Shown piece by piece: positions 28,908 to 39,171 of a stretch of 64,000 bases of DNA. Made by a program: the position numbers and the translations under genes. The notes beneath the pieces are model-generated. The model did not search any database. It worked only from the letters and a program-made list of their open reading frames with translations, and was not told the DNA's origin. How positions within the stretch are numbered: position 1 is the first letter of the stretch; each line of letters begins with the position of its first letter. The stretch is taken from NCBI GenBank assembly GCA_003599535.1, contig QZKQ01000071.1, positions 4,454 through 68,453 of the forward strand, written 5' to 3'. Source of the stretch: Candidatus Zixiibacteriota bacterium (GTDB taxonomy: Bacteria > Electryoneota > B3-LCP).

Positions 28908-31274
28908 GTGAAATCCATCACTGTGGGGATCGCCGCCATCCTGGCGCTGGGGTTGGCACTGCCGTGCGGGGCGCAGGATGAGTATTGGACACTGTTGGAA
29001 GAGTACCCTTCTCCGGCGAATTATGCCCTGGGATTATACTATGATGGAAAATTGCTCTGGCACGTGGACTGGGATTCTTCCCAGAACATCCATACTGTGT
29101 ATACTCTTAATCCTTACAATATGCAAGTAATTGAGACCTTCGCCTCGCCGGTGACTCAACCCTGGGGAATTACTTTCGACGGAACCAACTACTGGATGAC
29201 GAGCCACGGAACTCATGGACAGCCTACAGCACAACTGTGTAAAATTGATGCGGACAGCTTTATTGTGGATACAACTTTTACTTTCCCTGGTTACTATTTC
29301 TACGGAATAACCTGCGATACCAGCACCGGGAATATTTGGGTGGCATCGCAGACTACTGCCTGGGTGAAGTGGTTCCTGGAGTTTAATCCCGGAACGGGAC
29401 AGGTGGTGGAATGGCACCATTGGCCCTGGACATGGACGGTCGGCCTGCACTGGTTTCAGGGCAACTTGTGGGCCAACACCTACGATTACTTCTACCCCGA
29501 TCACACCTACATTGTGGATGTGGATACCTGGACTATCCAGAATATACTCATCCCCCCCTATGCCTGCCCGGAAGGGATTGCCACCAACGGCTTGGTATGG
29601 TGGATTTCCTACTGGCGGTATAATCATCACTGCATTCAAAAGCTGGTTCCCCCCGGCGTCACCATCCATGATATCGCCGCGCATACCATCATCGAGCCGC
29701 CAGGAGGGATTTTACCCGATTTATCCTTCATCCCGATTGGCAGGTTCGTTAATTACGGGTCGTGCGATGAAGAAGATGTGCCCTTCTTGTGCATGATCAT
29801 TGATGATTCCAATGAGGTCGTGTATTACGACAGTATCGTCTACGAGGCGGTGATCCAGCCGGACCAGATAGTGGACATCACGTACGCCCAGGCAACCTTG
29901 GAGCCAAGCACCGATTACAAGGTAAAATTCTACAGCAATTTGGATATTGATCAATATCGCAGTAACGACAGTATGCACGTTTATATTACGACCCCTACCT
30001 TCGAGCATGATTTGGCGGTTCTTTCGATTCTGGAGCCGGATTCGCTGGAACCGTTCGCCGCGATTTATCCCTTGGCCCGGGTTCAGAACCTGGGGAACTT
30101 ATTCGAACCGGTGGCCCCCGTTCAGCTCCAGGTCCGCCATGAAGGGACGGTCGTCTTGAATGTCCAGGCCCCGGCGACGAACCTGTCTCCCGGGGAAATT
30201 GACACCGTCGCCTTTCCTCCATTCATGCCTGCCGAAGAAGGCGAATACACATTTTTCTTCGACGGACTGCTGCCCTTGGACAGCAATCCCGTCAACGACA
30301 GCGTAACCGTGGTCTGCCTGGTGGGCCCCACCCATGACGTGGCCCCGGTGCAGGTCACCAGCCCGCCGTCGTCCGTTTCCCTGGGCGTCATCTCCCCGCG
30401 GGCGATCGTGCGCAACCTGGGCGACTTTGACGAGACGGTGTTCAATGTCTTCTGCACCATCGGCAACAGCGGCGGATACCTGTACGCCCATTTGGCCTCC
30501 TGCCCGCCGCTGGCTCCCGGCCAGCAGTTCGAAGTGGCCTTTCCCAACTTCTCCTTCACCGTGCCGGACTTCTACACGGTCAGCTTCATCACCATGCTAA
30601 GCGGCGACATGGTGCCGGAAAACGATTCGCTGGGGCAAGTGACCCAGGCGGCGCTGGTTCTGGATGTGGCGCCCACCGCGGTGCTGTCGCCCCCGCCGAC
30701 GGTAGTCCCGGGCGTATACAATCCCACCGCCATCATCACCAATGTGGGGAACTATCCGGCGGAAAGCTTTACCGTCACCTGCCAGGCGGATTCCGGTTCG
30801 CAACCCTACTTCCTGCAGGAGACGATCCTGGACGGGCTGTCCCCGGGGGAAGCCGATACGGTGACGTTCGCCGCCATTCCCTTCTCGAATACGCAGGTAT
30901 CCCGCCTGCTGTTCATCGCCGACTGGGAGCTGGACCAGAACCCGGACAACGACACGCTGGTCTACTACACGCAGCCCCCTTCCGGGGTTACCGGCGGGAA
31001 CGCCTCCGTTACCGGTTTCCAGGTGGCGGGTTGTTTCCCCAACCCCTTCAATGCCAGCACCTGTCTGCGGGTGCATTTGCCGGTCGAATCCCCGGTGAAG
31101 GTGGATCTGTACAGTCTGGACGGCCGCCGGGTGCTGAGCCGGGATTGCGGCAGCCTGCCGGCCGGAATTCAGACGGTTGTTCTCGAGGCTGACGATTTGC
31201 CCAGCGCCGTGTATATCGTTCATCTACGTGCAGGGAAGTGGCAACAATCCCAAAAAATCGCCCTTTTGAAATAA
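28908..31274 (+). CDS. T9SS cargo: propeller-like N-terminus + four CARDB-like Ig repeats + CTD
   Basis: GTG start after GGAGG; GITFDGTNYW blades; HD[ILV]A...N.G...ND repeats; FPNPFN. Confidence 0.8.
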   Translation: MKSITVGIAAILALGLALPCGAQDEYWTLLEEYPSPANYALGLYYDGKLLWHVDWDSSQNIHTVYTLNPYNMQVIETFASPVTQPWGITFDGTNYWMTSHGTHGQPTAQLCKIDADSFIVDTTFTFPGYYFYGITCDTSTGNIWVASQTTAWVKWFLEFNPGTGQVVEWHHWPWTWTVGLHWFQGNLWANTYDYFYPDHTYIVDVDTWTIQNILIPPYACPEGIATNGLVWWISYWRYNHHCIQKLVPPGVTIHDIAAHTIIEPPGGILPDLSFIPIGRFVNYGSCDEEDVPFLCMIIDDSNEVVYYDSIVYEAVIQPDQIVDITYAQATLEPSTDYKVKFYSNLDIDQYRSNDSMHVYITTPTFEHDLAVLSILEPDSLEPFAAIYPLARVQNLGNLFEPVAPVQLQVRHEGTVVLNVQAPATNLSPGEIDTVAFPPFMPAEEGEYTFFFDGLLPLDSNPVNDSVTVVCLVGPTHDVAPVQVTSPPSSVSLGVISPRAIVRNLGDFDETVFNVFCTIGNSGGYLYAHLASCPPLAPGQQFEVAFPNFSFTVPDFYTVSFITMLSGDMVPENDSLGQVTQAALVLDVAPTAVLSPPPTVVPGVYNPTAIITNVGNYPAESFTVTCQADSGSQPYFLQETILDGLSPGEADTVTFAAIPFSNTQVSRLLFIADWELDQNPDNDTLVYYTQPPSGVTGGNASVTGFQVAGCFPNPFNASTCLRVHLPVESPVKVDLYSLDGRRVLSRDCGSLPAGIQTVVLEADDLPSAVYIVHLRAGKWQQSQKIALLK

Positions 31275-31937
31275 ATGAATGAACCCATAGACATCTACAT
31301 TCCTTGCTATCAGCCGGATGAGTACCTGGACCGCTGCCTGCGCTCCATCTTCAAGCACACCCGCGGAGACTACAACGTCACCGTGATTGTGGGGAAACGT
31401 TCCATCGCCAAGAACCGGAACCAGGGACTGCGCAAGAGCGCCTCGGAGTGGATCTGTTCTTTGGATGCGGATTGCGAGGTGACCCAGGATGGCTGGCTGG
31501 AACTACTTCTGGAAACCGCGCGCAGCCGACCCGAGGTGGGGATCGTGGGGGCCAAAATCGTCATGCACGACGGTAAAATTTTCTCAGCCGGGACCGGACC
31601 GGACGGTTACCCCATGCTCTATGGCGAGCAAGACACCGGGCAGCGCGAAATTGTGGAAGAGGTGCACGCGGTCAGTGAGAACTGCCTGCTGATGCGCAAG
31701 GGAATCTTTGAATTCGATGAGTGGTTCTGGCAGTCCCGCAGTTCGGAAGGCCAGGACGCCTGCATCCGGCTGCGCCAGCAGGGATACAAGATCATCTACG
31801 ATGGCCGGGTTAAAATCCAGCACGACAAGTACCCGCGAAAATCCAGTCCTTTCAACTGGGATCACATTTACTTTCACCTGAAGCATCCTTCCACCTATCT
31901 GGACCATTATCGCAAACGCCGCCGGTCGGGCAAATAA
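31275..31937 (+). CDS. Glycosyltransferase family 2
   Basis: IYIPCY, RNQGL, LDAD, GIVGAK. Confidence 0.85.
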   Translation: MNEPIDIYIPCYQPDEYLDRCLRSIFKHTRGDYNVTVIVGKRSIAKNRNQGLRKSASEWICSLDADCEVTQDGWLELLLETARSRPEVGIVGAKIVMHDGKIFSAGTGPDGYPMLYGEQDTGQREIVEEVHAVSENCLLMRKGIFEFDEWFWQSRSSEGQDACIRLRQQGYKIIYDGRVKIQHDKYPRKSSPFNWDHIYFHLKHPSTYLDHYRKRRRSGK

Positions 31938-31963
31938 CTTTTATTCCACTTTGGAGGTGCATC

Positions 31964-33550
31964 ATGAAAAGCCTGATTCTCGCTACAGTTGCCGTGGCAT
32001 TACTTTTCATCCCTGCCTCTGCCGTCACGATCTATGTGCCAGAGGATTACCCCACCATCGGCGCTGCCGTCAACGCCGCCTGCGACGGCGATTCCATTCT
32101 GGTGGGACCCGGCATCTATGATCCAGTTCCCATCGTGTACCATGAGCCGGATGATATCACGTTGCTGGGCAACGGGTTCTACGGACCCGACCGCACCACC
32201 ATCATGGGCAATTTCAGCGGCGAAGTGGAAGCCAAGATAGACATCCGCCACGCGGATGGATGGGAAATCGGTGGTTTTGAGCTGGTGGTGGGGCACAAAG
32301 GGATCAACACCGAAGGCAACAACGGCTGCCATATCCACGATATTTATGTTCATGACGTGACTTGGGATTATGCGGATGGGGTAATGGTCAACGGCAACAA
32401 CTTCCTCATCGAGCGGAGCATATTCCAGGGCTGCCCTTACGCCGGCATTGAGATCTGGTATCCCCCGCAGTCAGGGCACATTTTCCGCAACAACACCATC
32501 GTGAATTGCAATAACGGAATCCTGGTGCGCGGCCAGACACAGAACCTGGTGATTGAGAACAACATCATCATGAACAACGATGATGGGGTGGAATTCACCT
32601 ACGGAACCTGGACGGGGAGCGCAGTGCTGGATTACAACAATGCTTTCGGCAACTCCCCCAATTGGTCCGGCTGCACCCCCGGCCCGCACAACCTATCCGC
32701 CGATCCGCAGTTCATGGGTGGATCGGGCGGGGAACAGTACATGCTCCAGCCCACCTCCCCCTGCATTGACGCCGGGGATCCCGCCTCGCCGCCCGACCCT
32801 GACGGCACCATCGCTGATATCGGCTGCTTCTACTTCAACCAGGCCTTCACCCCCGGACAGCTGACCCTGGCCGTGGTCCCGGTCAGCCCGCCGGTGGTTC
32901 TCCCCCCGCAGGGCGGGTCTTTCGACTACACCTGCGCCATGGCCTGCGATTCCACCGGGTACGCCTTCTACGACGGCTGGGTCACCCTGCGCCTGCCCGA
33001 CGGCCAGACCATGGGCCCGGTGCTGACCAAGACCAACATGCTCCTGGGTCAAGGCGCCTCCAACACCGTGACGCTGTCCCTGTTCGTATCCCCGTGGGCC
33101 ATGCCGGGGATCTACGCCCTGCACGCCTGCCTGGGACAGGCGGAATCCGGCACGGTGTGGGCCGAAGACAGCCTGACCTTTGAGAAGCTGCCGTTCGACG
33201 GCCCCGGAATCGAAACGGGCTACGCCATCTTCTGCGGCTGGGAGCAGAGCGAGAAGGTTTACCTGGGTGCGGTGGATCTGGGCGTGGAGAAGGGGCCGGA
33301 ACTGTCCGCCGGGCCCAATCCGTTCAACCCCTCGACGGTTGCGAGATACGAGATGCGAGATGCGAGTTACGTTACTCTCCGGGTCTATGATACGGCCGGG
33401 CGGGAGGTGGCTACCCTGGTGGAGGGATGGAGAGCCGCGGGGTCCCACGAAGTGTCCTTCGACGCGTCCGGGCTGCCGTCGGGGATCTATTTCGCCCGCC
33501 TCCAGGCGGGGGACGTGGCCCAGGTGCAGAAGTTGATTCTTCTGAAGTAG
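31964..33550 (+). CDS. T9SS cargo with right-handed parallel beta-helix
   Basis: VPEDYPTI, NNTI/NNII repeats, SPCIDAGDP..DPDG..ADIG, PNPFNP CTD. Confidence 0.85.
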   Translation: MKSLILATVAVALLFIPASAVTIYVPEDYPTIGAAVNAACDGDSILVGPGIYDPVPIVYHEPDDITLLGNGFYGPDRTTIMGNFSGEVEAKIDIRHADGWEIGGFELVVGHKGINTEGNNGCHIHDIYVHDVTWDYADGVMVNGNNFLIERSIFQGCPYAGIEIWYPPQSGHIFRNNTIVNCNNGILVRGQTQNLVIENNIIMNNDDGVEFTYGTWTGSAVLDYNNAFGNSPNWSGCTPGPHNLSADPQFMGGSGGEQYMLQPTSPCIDAGDPASPPDPDGTIADIGCFYFNQAFTPGQLTLAVVPVSPPVVLPPQGGSFDYTCAMACDSTGYAFYDGWVTLRLPDGQTMGPVLTKTNMLLGQGASNTVTLSLFVSPWAMPGIYALHACLGQAESGTVWAEDSLTFEKLPFDGPGIETGYAIFCGWEQSEKVYLGAVDLGVEKGPELSAGPNPFNPSTVARYEMRDASYVTLRVYDTAGREVATLVEGWRAAGSHEVSFDASGLPSGIYFARLQAGDVAQVQKLILLK

Positions 33551-33580
33551 GGGTTGGCTGTTGGCCTTTGGCCATTAGCG

Positions 33581-33608
33581 GTAGGGGCACGGCGTGCTGT
33601 GCCCCTAC
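33581..33608. repeat. REP-like palindrome GTAGGGGCACGGC-GT-GCTGTGCCCCTAC
   Basis: GTAG/CTAC-bounded hairpin flanked by short tandem repeats. Confidence 0.8.
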
Positions 33609-33696
33609 AACTTTGTAACTTTCCAACCATGTACCTTTCGAACCAAAAGAAGAGGGGCGGCCCGTTGTGGCCGCCCCTTTCGCTCGCCTCTCACAG

Positions 33697-35823
33697 CTAC
33701 TTCAGTCCCCGCTTCTCCAGCAGCGGTTCAACGGAGGGCTCGTGGCCCCGGAAGCGGCGGTACATTTCCATGGCTTCCACGCTGCCGCCCTGCTCCAGGA
33801 TATGGGTGCGGAAAGCCCGCGCGGTGGCCGGGTCGAACAGGCCGTTCTCCTTGAAGGCCTGGAAGGCGTCGGCGGAGAGCACGTCGGCCCAGACGTAGTT
33901 GTAGTACCCCGCGGCGTAGCCTCCCGAGAAGATATGCTGGAAGTAGGGGCTGCGGTAGCGCACCGGGATCTCCGGCATCAGCCCGATTTCCGCCAGGGCC
34001 TCCGCCTCAAAAGCGGTAGCGTCCACCTCGGCGCCCGGAGCCAGGCGGTGCCAGGCCAGATCCAGGTAAGAGGCGGCCAGGTATTCCACGTTGGCGAATC
34101 CCTGGTTGAACTTTTTGGCCTTCTGCAGCTTGTCAATCAGAGTGTCGGGGATGGCCCGGCCGGTCTGCCAGTGGCGGGCGTACTCCTTCAGTACCTCCGG
34201 TTCCAGGGCCCAGTTCTCCATGATCTGGGAGGGGAGTTCGACAAAGTCGCCGGGGACGTCGCTTAAAGTCTTGTAGCGCACCCGGGACAGCAGCGAGTGC
34301 AGCCCGTGTCCCAGTTCGTGGAACAGCGTCTCCACCTCGTCCATGGTCAGCAGGGCGGGGGCATTCCCGGCGGGGCGGGTGAAGTTGCCCACGTTGACCA
34401 CGATGGGGCGGACGTCCTTCCCGTCCCGGTAATACTGGTTGCGGTACTCGCCGCTCCAGGCGCCGAAGCGTTTGCCGGCCCGGGGGTGGTAATCCACCAG
34501 GAACACGCCCAGGTGGGACCCGTCGGCGTCGAGCACCTCGTAGGTGCGCACCTCGGGGTGGTACTTGGGCAGGTCGGTCCGTTCCACGAAGCGCACCCCG
34601 TAGAGCCGCCCGGCCACACCGTAGGCCCCTTCGATCACCGCTTCCAGGGGGAAGAAGGGGCGCAGCTCGTTATCGTCCACGTGGTAGCGTTCCTGGCGCA
34701 CCTTTTCGGCGTAGTAGCGCCAGTCCCACGGCTCCAGGGCAAAGTCGTACCCTTCCCGGCGGATCATGGTCTGCAGGTCGGCGGCTTCGCGGCGGGCGGC
34801 GGCCTGGGCCGGCTCCCACAGGCGGTCCAACAGATCCCGGGCCCGTTCGGGAGTGCCGGCCATGCGGTCGGCCAGAGCGTAGTCGGCGTAGGTGGGGTAG
34901 CTTAGGAGGTTGGCCTTCTGGGCCCGCAGTTCGGCGATGCGGGTCAGGATGGGCTTATTGTCGTGCTCGTCGCCGTGATGGCCCCGGTCGAGGTACGCCT
35001 GCAGGATCTGCCGGCGCAGGTCGCGATGGGGGCTGTAGGTCAGGAACGGCCACAGGCTGGCCGCCTGCAGGGTGAAGACCCATCGGCCCTCCAGTCCGGC
35101 CTCCCGGGCGGTGGCGGCGGCGGCTTCCACGACGCTCTCCGGCATTTCGCCCAGGGCGGCGGGATCGTCCACCACCAGGCGGAACGCGTTGGTCTCGGCC
35201 AGGACGTTGTCGCTGAAGGTCGGGTGCAGCACCGACAGTTCGGCGTTGATGGCCCGCAGCCGCTCCTTGTCCTTGGGCGATAGTTTGGCCCCACCCCGGA
35301 CGAAATCCTTGCGGGTCTCCTCCATCAGCCGGAGCTGCACCGGGGCCAGGCCCAGGGAATCGCGCCGTTCCCACACGGCTTCCAGGCGGGCGAAGAGCGC
35401 CTCGTTCATCAGGATGTCGTCATTCAGGGCCGCCTTCAGGGGTGCCACTTCCCGGGCCAGGTCCTGCATTTGGTCGTTGGTTTCGGCCGCGTTCAGGTGG
35501 GAGAAGACCGCGTTGACCTTCTCCAGCAGCTCCCCGGCGGCGTCCAGCGCCTCGTAGGTGTTGGCGAAGGTGGGCGCTTCGGGGTGGGCGGCGATGGCCT
35601 CCACTTCGGCGCGCTTGCGGGCGAGGGCTTCCTGGTAGGCGGGCAGATAGTGCTCGGTCCGGATACTATCGAACGGGGGAACGCCGAAGGGGGTGGACCA
35701 CTCCTCCAGCAGCGGATTGGCCGAACCGGCGGAAACGGGTGCTCCGCCCAGGCAGACGTAAACCATGATGACGCTCGCGATAAGGGAAATCCCTGCGGAT
35801 GCCAGGGAATGTCGTTGACGCAA
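33697..35823 (-). CDS. M3 family metallopeptidase (Dcp-like)
   Basis: NPLL, PPFD, HELGH, DFVELPSQ, YAAGYY; TTG start after GGAGG (inferred). Confidence 0.92.
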   Translation of the reverse strand: MRQRHSLASAGISLIASVIMVYVCLGGAPVSAGSANPLLEEWSTPFGVPPFDSIRTEHYLPAYQEALARKRAEVEAIAAHPEAPTFANTYEALDAAGELLEKVNAVFSHLNAAETNDQMQDLAREVAPLKAALNDDILMNEALFARLEAVWERRDSLGLAPVQLRLMEETRKDFVRGGAKLSPKDKERLRAINAELSVLHPTFSDNVLAETNAFRLVVDDPAALGEMPESVVEAAAATAREAGLEGRWVFTLQAASLWPFLTYSPHRDLRRQILQAYLDRGHHGDEHDNKPILTRIAELRAQKANLLSYPTYADYALADRMAGTPERARDLLDRLWEPAQAAARREAADLQTMIRREGYDFALEPWDWRYYAEKVRQERYHVDDNELRPFFPLEAVIEGAYGVAGRLYGVRFVERTDLPKYHPEVRTYEVLDADGSHLGVFLVDYHPRAGKRFGAWSGEYRNQYYRDGKDVRPIVVNVGNFTRPAGNAPALLTMDEVETLFHELGHGLHSLLSRVRYKTLSDVPGDFVELPSQIMENWALEPEVLKEYARHWQTGRAIPDTLIDKLQKAKKFNQGFANVEYLAASYLDLAWHRLAPGAEVDATAFEAEALAEIGLMPEIPVRYRSPYFQHIFSGGYAAGYYNYVWADVLSADAFQAFKENGLFDPATARAFRTHILEQGGSVEAMEMYRRFRGHEPSVEPLLEKRGLK

Positions 35824-35976
35824 TGAAACCTCCGTGATACCCGGTAATACCAGTATTTGATACGAAAGGGCGCGGCCCGGGCAATAGCCGTGGCCGGTAC
35901 ATCTTCTAACAGGACCTGCGCGATTGCCTGAAAGCGGTGCTGAAGAAAACAAAATGCGTAAGTCCTGTTATAAACG

Positions 35977-36008
35977 AAAAAAAGCGGCTACCAGATCCGG
36001 TAGCCGCT
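35977..36008 (-). terminator. Terminator downstream of tRNA-Gln
   Basis: AGCGGCTACC...GGTAGCCGCT-TTTTTT on the minus strand. Confidence 0.85.
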
Positions 36009-36015
36009 GTCGCGT

Positions 36016-36089
36016 TGGCTGGGAGACAGGGATTCGAACCCCGATTCTATGGTCCAGAGCCATATGTCCTGCCGTTGGACGATCTCCCA
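36016..36089 (-). tRNA. tRNA-Gln(CTG)
   Basis: TGGGAGA...TCTCCCAGCCA; anticodon arm TATGG-CTCTGGA-CCATA; GGTTCGAATCC. Confidence 0.97.
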
Positions 36090-36321
36090 GTGTTGTTCTC
36101 TAATATAATACGCAATCTGCGTCCTGTCAAGAGGAACTCGGAGAAAAATTTCAGGTTCCAGGCTACGCGCCCCACTTCACCGTGGCCCGCAGGCAGCCGG
36201 AGTGGCAATTTCCAGGACCGCCCGGAAGGTGAGGGGCAATAAACCAGGCCAATCTTTCCAATGCGATCAATCCTCCCGCCCGGCGGAGCAGAAATACGAT
36301 CCGCGCACGCTTGGGCGGCAT

Positions 36322-37155
36322 TCAGAGGCTGATCTCCCCTTCCAGGTACGTCACCGCCTGGCCGGAAAGGTCCAGGCGCGACCCGCGGTGGCGGCACTTC
36401 AGGTATCCCCCCCGCGCCGACACCTGCCGCGCCGTCAGTTCGGTTTGGCCCAGGCGCCCGGCCCAGTAGGGGACCAGGCTGGTGTGCGCCGATCCCGTCA
36501 CCGGGTCCTCGTCAATGCCCAGGGCGGGGGCGAAGAAGCGGGAGACGAAGTCCACGTCCCGCCCCGGCGCGGTAACAATCAGCCCGTGCGGCGCGACTTG
36601 CTTCAGGCGGGCGAAGTCGGGCGCCAGAGCTTCGACCGGTTCGGCCGTCTCGTACACGGCAAACCAATTGTCACGGGTCTGCCGCACTTCCTGCGGCGGG
36701 AGGTTCAGGGCGGCTCGGAGCGGTTCCAGGCCGGCGGTGAGGCTCTCGCCGGGGGGATCGGCGGGGAAATCGAGGGTCAGCCAATCGTCCTCCCGGGTCA
36801 CGCGCAATTCTCCGCTGCGGGAGGCGAAGCGGATAACCCGACCGGCGTACCCCCGGTGGCGGAACAGGACGTGCCCCGTGGCCAGGGTGGCATGACCGCA
36901 CAGGTCCACTTCAACCTGGGGAGTGAACCAGCGCAGGTGGAAATCAGCCCCAAGAACGCCGTGGGGCCCCGGACGGCCGGGATCGCCGGAAGCGGCCAGC
37001 GGCACGAAGAAGGCCGTTTCCGACAGGTTGTTTTCCGCGGCTACGGCTTGCAGGGTCGCGTCCGGCAGCCATTGATCCAGGGGCACCACAGCCGCCGGAT
37101 TGCCGCCGAACAGCCTGTCGGTGAAGGCGTCAACCTGGTACAGGGGAAGCTTCAT
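36322..37155 (-). CDS. PhzF family isomerase/epimerase
   Basis: QVDAF, GGNPAAV, NLSETAF, EVDLCGHAT, EDPVTGSA. Confidence 0.93.
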   Translation of the reverse strand: MKLPLYQVDAFTDRLFGGNPAAVVPLDQWLPDATLQAVAAENNLSETAFFVPLAASGDPGRPGPHGVLGADFHLRWFTPQVEVDLCGHATLATGHVLFRHRGYAGRVIRFASRSGELRVTREDDWLTLDFPADPPGESLTAGLEPLRAALNLPPQEVRQTRDNWFAVYETAEPVEALAPDFARLKQVAPHGLIVTAPGRDVDFVSRFFAPALGIDEDPVTGSAHTSLVPYWAGRLGQTELTARQVSARGGYLKCRHRGSRLDLSGQAVTYLEGEISL

Positions 37156-37294
37156 GGGGAGACTCGCGTTATGGACACCCGGTAAACGGGTTCCGAATGG
37201 AGGCGGTTCCGGGGCGCAATAAAAAAGGCGACTCTGGCGAGTCGCCCCCTTCGCGAACTGGGAAATTCAGGGCCATCCAGCCTGATAAAATCGT

Positions 37295-37513
37295 TCAGTT
37301 CCAGCCGAGCTCAATGGCTCTCTGGTGGCATTCCGAGCACAGCACGATGCAATTTTCCAGGGAGAACGGGCCGTCCGAAATTCTGCGGAAATGCTCCAGA
37401 CTCTTTGAGTTCCCGCAACGTCCGGTGTGCACGCACTCGGGATGGTTGCATTCGCAACGGTAGTTAGCCCGCACCAGAGCCAGGAACTGGACGAGATCCG
37501 AAAACGCAGCCAT
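37295..37513 (-). CDS. Small Cys-rich HNH-like protein (72 aa)
   Basis: RCEC...C..H...C...H...ENCIVLCSECH; GGAGG RBS; own terminator. Confidence 0.65.
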   Translation of the reverse strand: MAAFSDLVQFLALVRANYRCECNHPECVHTGRCGNSKSLEHFRRISDGPFSLENCIVLCSECHQRAIELGWN

Positions 37514-37751
37514 CGGACCTCCGGGGAAAAGAAAAGTGGCTCAATATAGCCAATTAATTGCGAAAAGTCAAGCTCAATTTAATTTATTCTTTTGAACACC
37601 GTATCGCATATCACAATTAACCCTATTAAGCCGGCTGCTGCGAAGTCTCTGCCGTCCGCTTATCATGCGTATATATAATGATCGAGGCACGAAAAATCCC
37701 AGGGAGGTTTTAAAGTCTGCAAAGTGATGAATGTATTTGTGGAGGACCGCC

Positions 37752-38093
37752 ATGCACGAATTTAAGACAAATCTGTTCCGCTGGGCTGGTTTCGTCCTGG
37801 CCTTGGGGCTACTCTGCGGCCCGGCTCTGGCGCAACGTCCTGAAGGTCGGGGCTACAGTGGGTGGGATCATATGATGGGATGGGGTTGGGGAGGCGGCTG
37901 GGTCATGATGCTGATCTGGTGGGCCATCATCATCGGCGGCTTGGTGCTGCTGATACGCTGGTTAATCTCCTCGCGCTCCCAAACTTCACAGAGCTCGCGG
38001 GATACTGCCCTGGACATCCTGCGGGAACGCTACGCCCGCGGCGACATCAACCGGGAGGAGTTCGAGGAGAAAAAGAAGGACTTGGTGTCGTGA
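37752..38093 (+). CDS. SHOCT domain membrane protein
   Basis: HMMGWGWGG, TM helix, ALDILRERYARGDINREEF. Confidence 0.88.
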   Translation: MHEFKTNLFRWAGFVLALGLLCGPALAQRPEGRGYSGWDHMMGWGWGGGWVMMLIWWAIIIGGLVLLIRWLISSRSQTSQSSRDTALDILRERYARGDINREEFEEKKKDLVS

Positions 38094-38113
38094 AATCGCC
38101 GTAAAGGAGGCAC

Positions 38114-38533
38114 ATGAACCCGCAATCGCGCCGTCTGGCCGGCTTGTTGCTGGTCATTTTCCCCACCGTCATCGCCGGCGGCGTCAGCCTGTTGACGCTG
38201 CTGATCGCCGATCCCGCCTACCCGGCCAATCCCTTGCGGCAGGACCTGTGGCGCGCCGGCCACGCCCACGCCGGGGTGATCCTGGTGCTGGCGCTGCTGG
38301 CCCTGCGCTATGTGGACCAGGCCCGGCTGTCTGAGGGGATGAGACGCTTCGTGCGTTCGGCCATTCCCTCCGCGGCTATCCTGCTGCCCGCGGCCTTTTT
38401 CCTCTCGATACTGGATCCCCGGGCTACGCAGCCGAACGGGTGGATTTACTTGGCCTATCTCGGGGCGGTGGTGCTGGCGGCGGGATTGGTAACGCTGGGC
38501 GTGGGAATGCTAAGGCAGAAGCGTGAAAGGTGA
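38114..38533 (+). CDS. Hypothetical 4-TM protein with HAH motif
   Basis: AGGAGG RBS; RAGHAHAG; hydrophobic segments. Confidence 0.7.
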   Translation: MNPQSRRLAGLLLVIFPTVIAGGVSLLTLLIADPAYPANPLRQDLWRAGHAHAGVILVLALLALRYVDQARLSEGMRRFVRSAIPSAAILLPAAFFLSILDPRATQPNGWIYLAYLGAVVLAAGLVTLGVGMLRQKRER

Positions 38534-38573
38534 GCGCTTATTCGGGTGATGCACGATATGGCCTCTTCCCCGC

Positions 38574-38624
38574 GTAGGGGCGGGATAGGCTTACTTCCGG
38601 GATAATCAGCCTCCTCTCCCGCCC
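38574..38624 (+). repeat. Long-loop GTAG REP-like hairpin
   Basis: GTAG-GGGCGGGA...TCCCGCCC between convergent genes. Confidence 0.55.
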
Positions 38625-38673
38625 AACTCCCCGAGGTCGAACATGAGCCACTCCCCTTAACGACGCGGGGAAG

Positions 38674-39171
38674 TCACCGGCGCAACCAGGGCCACAGGAA
38701 GGGGACGCGGCGGCGGTAGGCCAGGTACGCCTCGCCGTAGCGGGCGGCCAGCTCGCGCTCCTCCCATTTCCCCACCGCCAGGACGTGCAGGTAAACCAGA
38801 ACCGTTGCCGGGATCATGGGCGTCCAGCGCAGCAGCAGCGCCAGCGCGGCGAAGATGAAAATGCCCGCCAGGTACATGGGATTGCGGGTGTAGGCAAACA
38901 GCCCCGACGTTTCCAGCTGAACGCCTTCCGCCCCGGGAAAATATTCCACTCCCGCCGCCCGCTGAAATCCGAGGCGGAACAGGCCGGCCAGAATCAGGAA
39001 TCCCCCCGCCAGCAGCAGCGGCAACCCCAGAACCCAGGCCGCCCAAACGGGCAGGGGCAGCTCTCCGGGCAAGCCCGCGGCCTTCACCGCCCACCACGAG
39101 ACCAGGATGTAAGCGGCCATCCCGCCAGCGTTGATGAGTGGTATGGGAAGAAGGGGCTTGGGGTGTGGCAT
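38674..39171 (-). CDS. Isoprenylcysteine carboxyl methyltransferase / PEMT family membrane protein
   Basis: GLFAYTRNPMY, EERELAARYGEAYLAYRRRVP. Confidence 0.88.
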   Translation of the reverse strand: MPHPKPLLPIPLINAGGMAAYILVSWWAVKAAGLPGELPLPVWAAWVLGLPLLLAGGFLILAGLFRLGFQRAAGVEYFPGAEGVQLETSGLFAYTRNPMYLAGIFIFAALALLLRWTPMIPATVLVYLHVLAVGKWEERELAARYGEAYLAYRRRVPFLWPWLRR

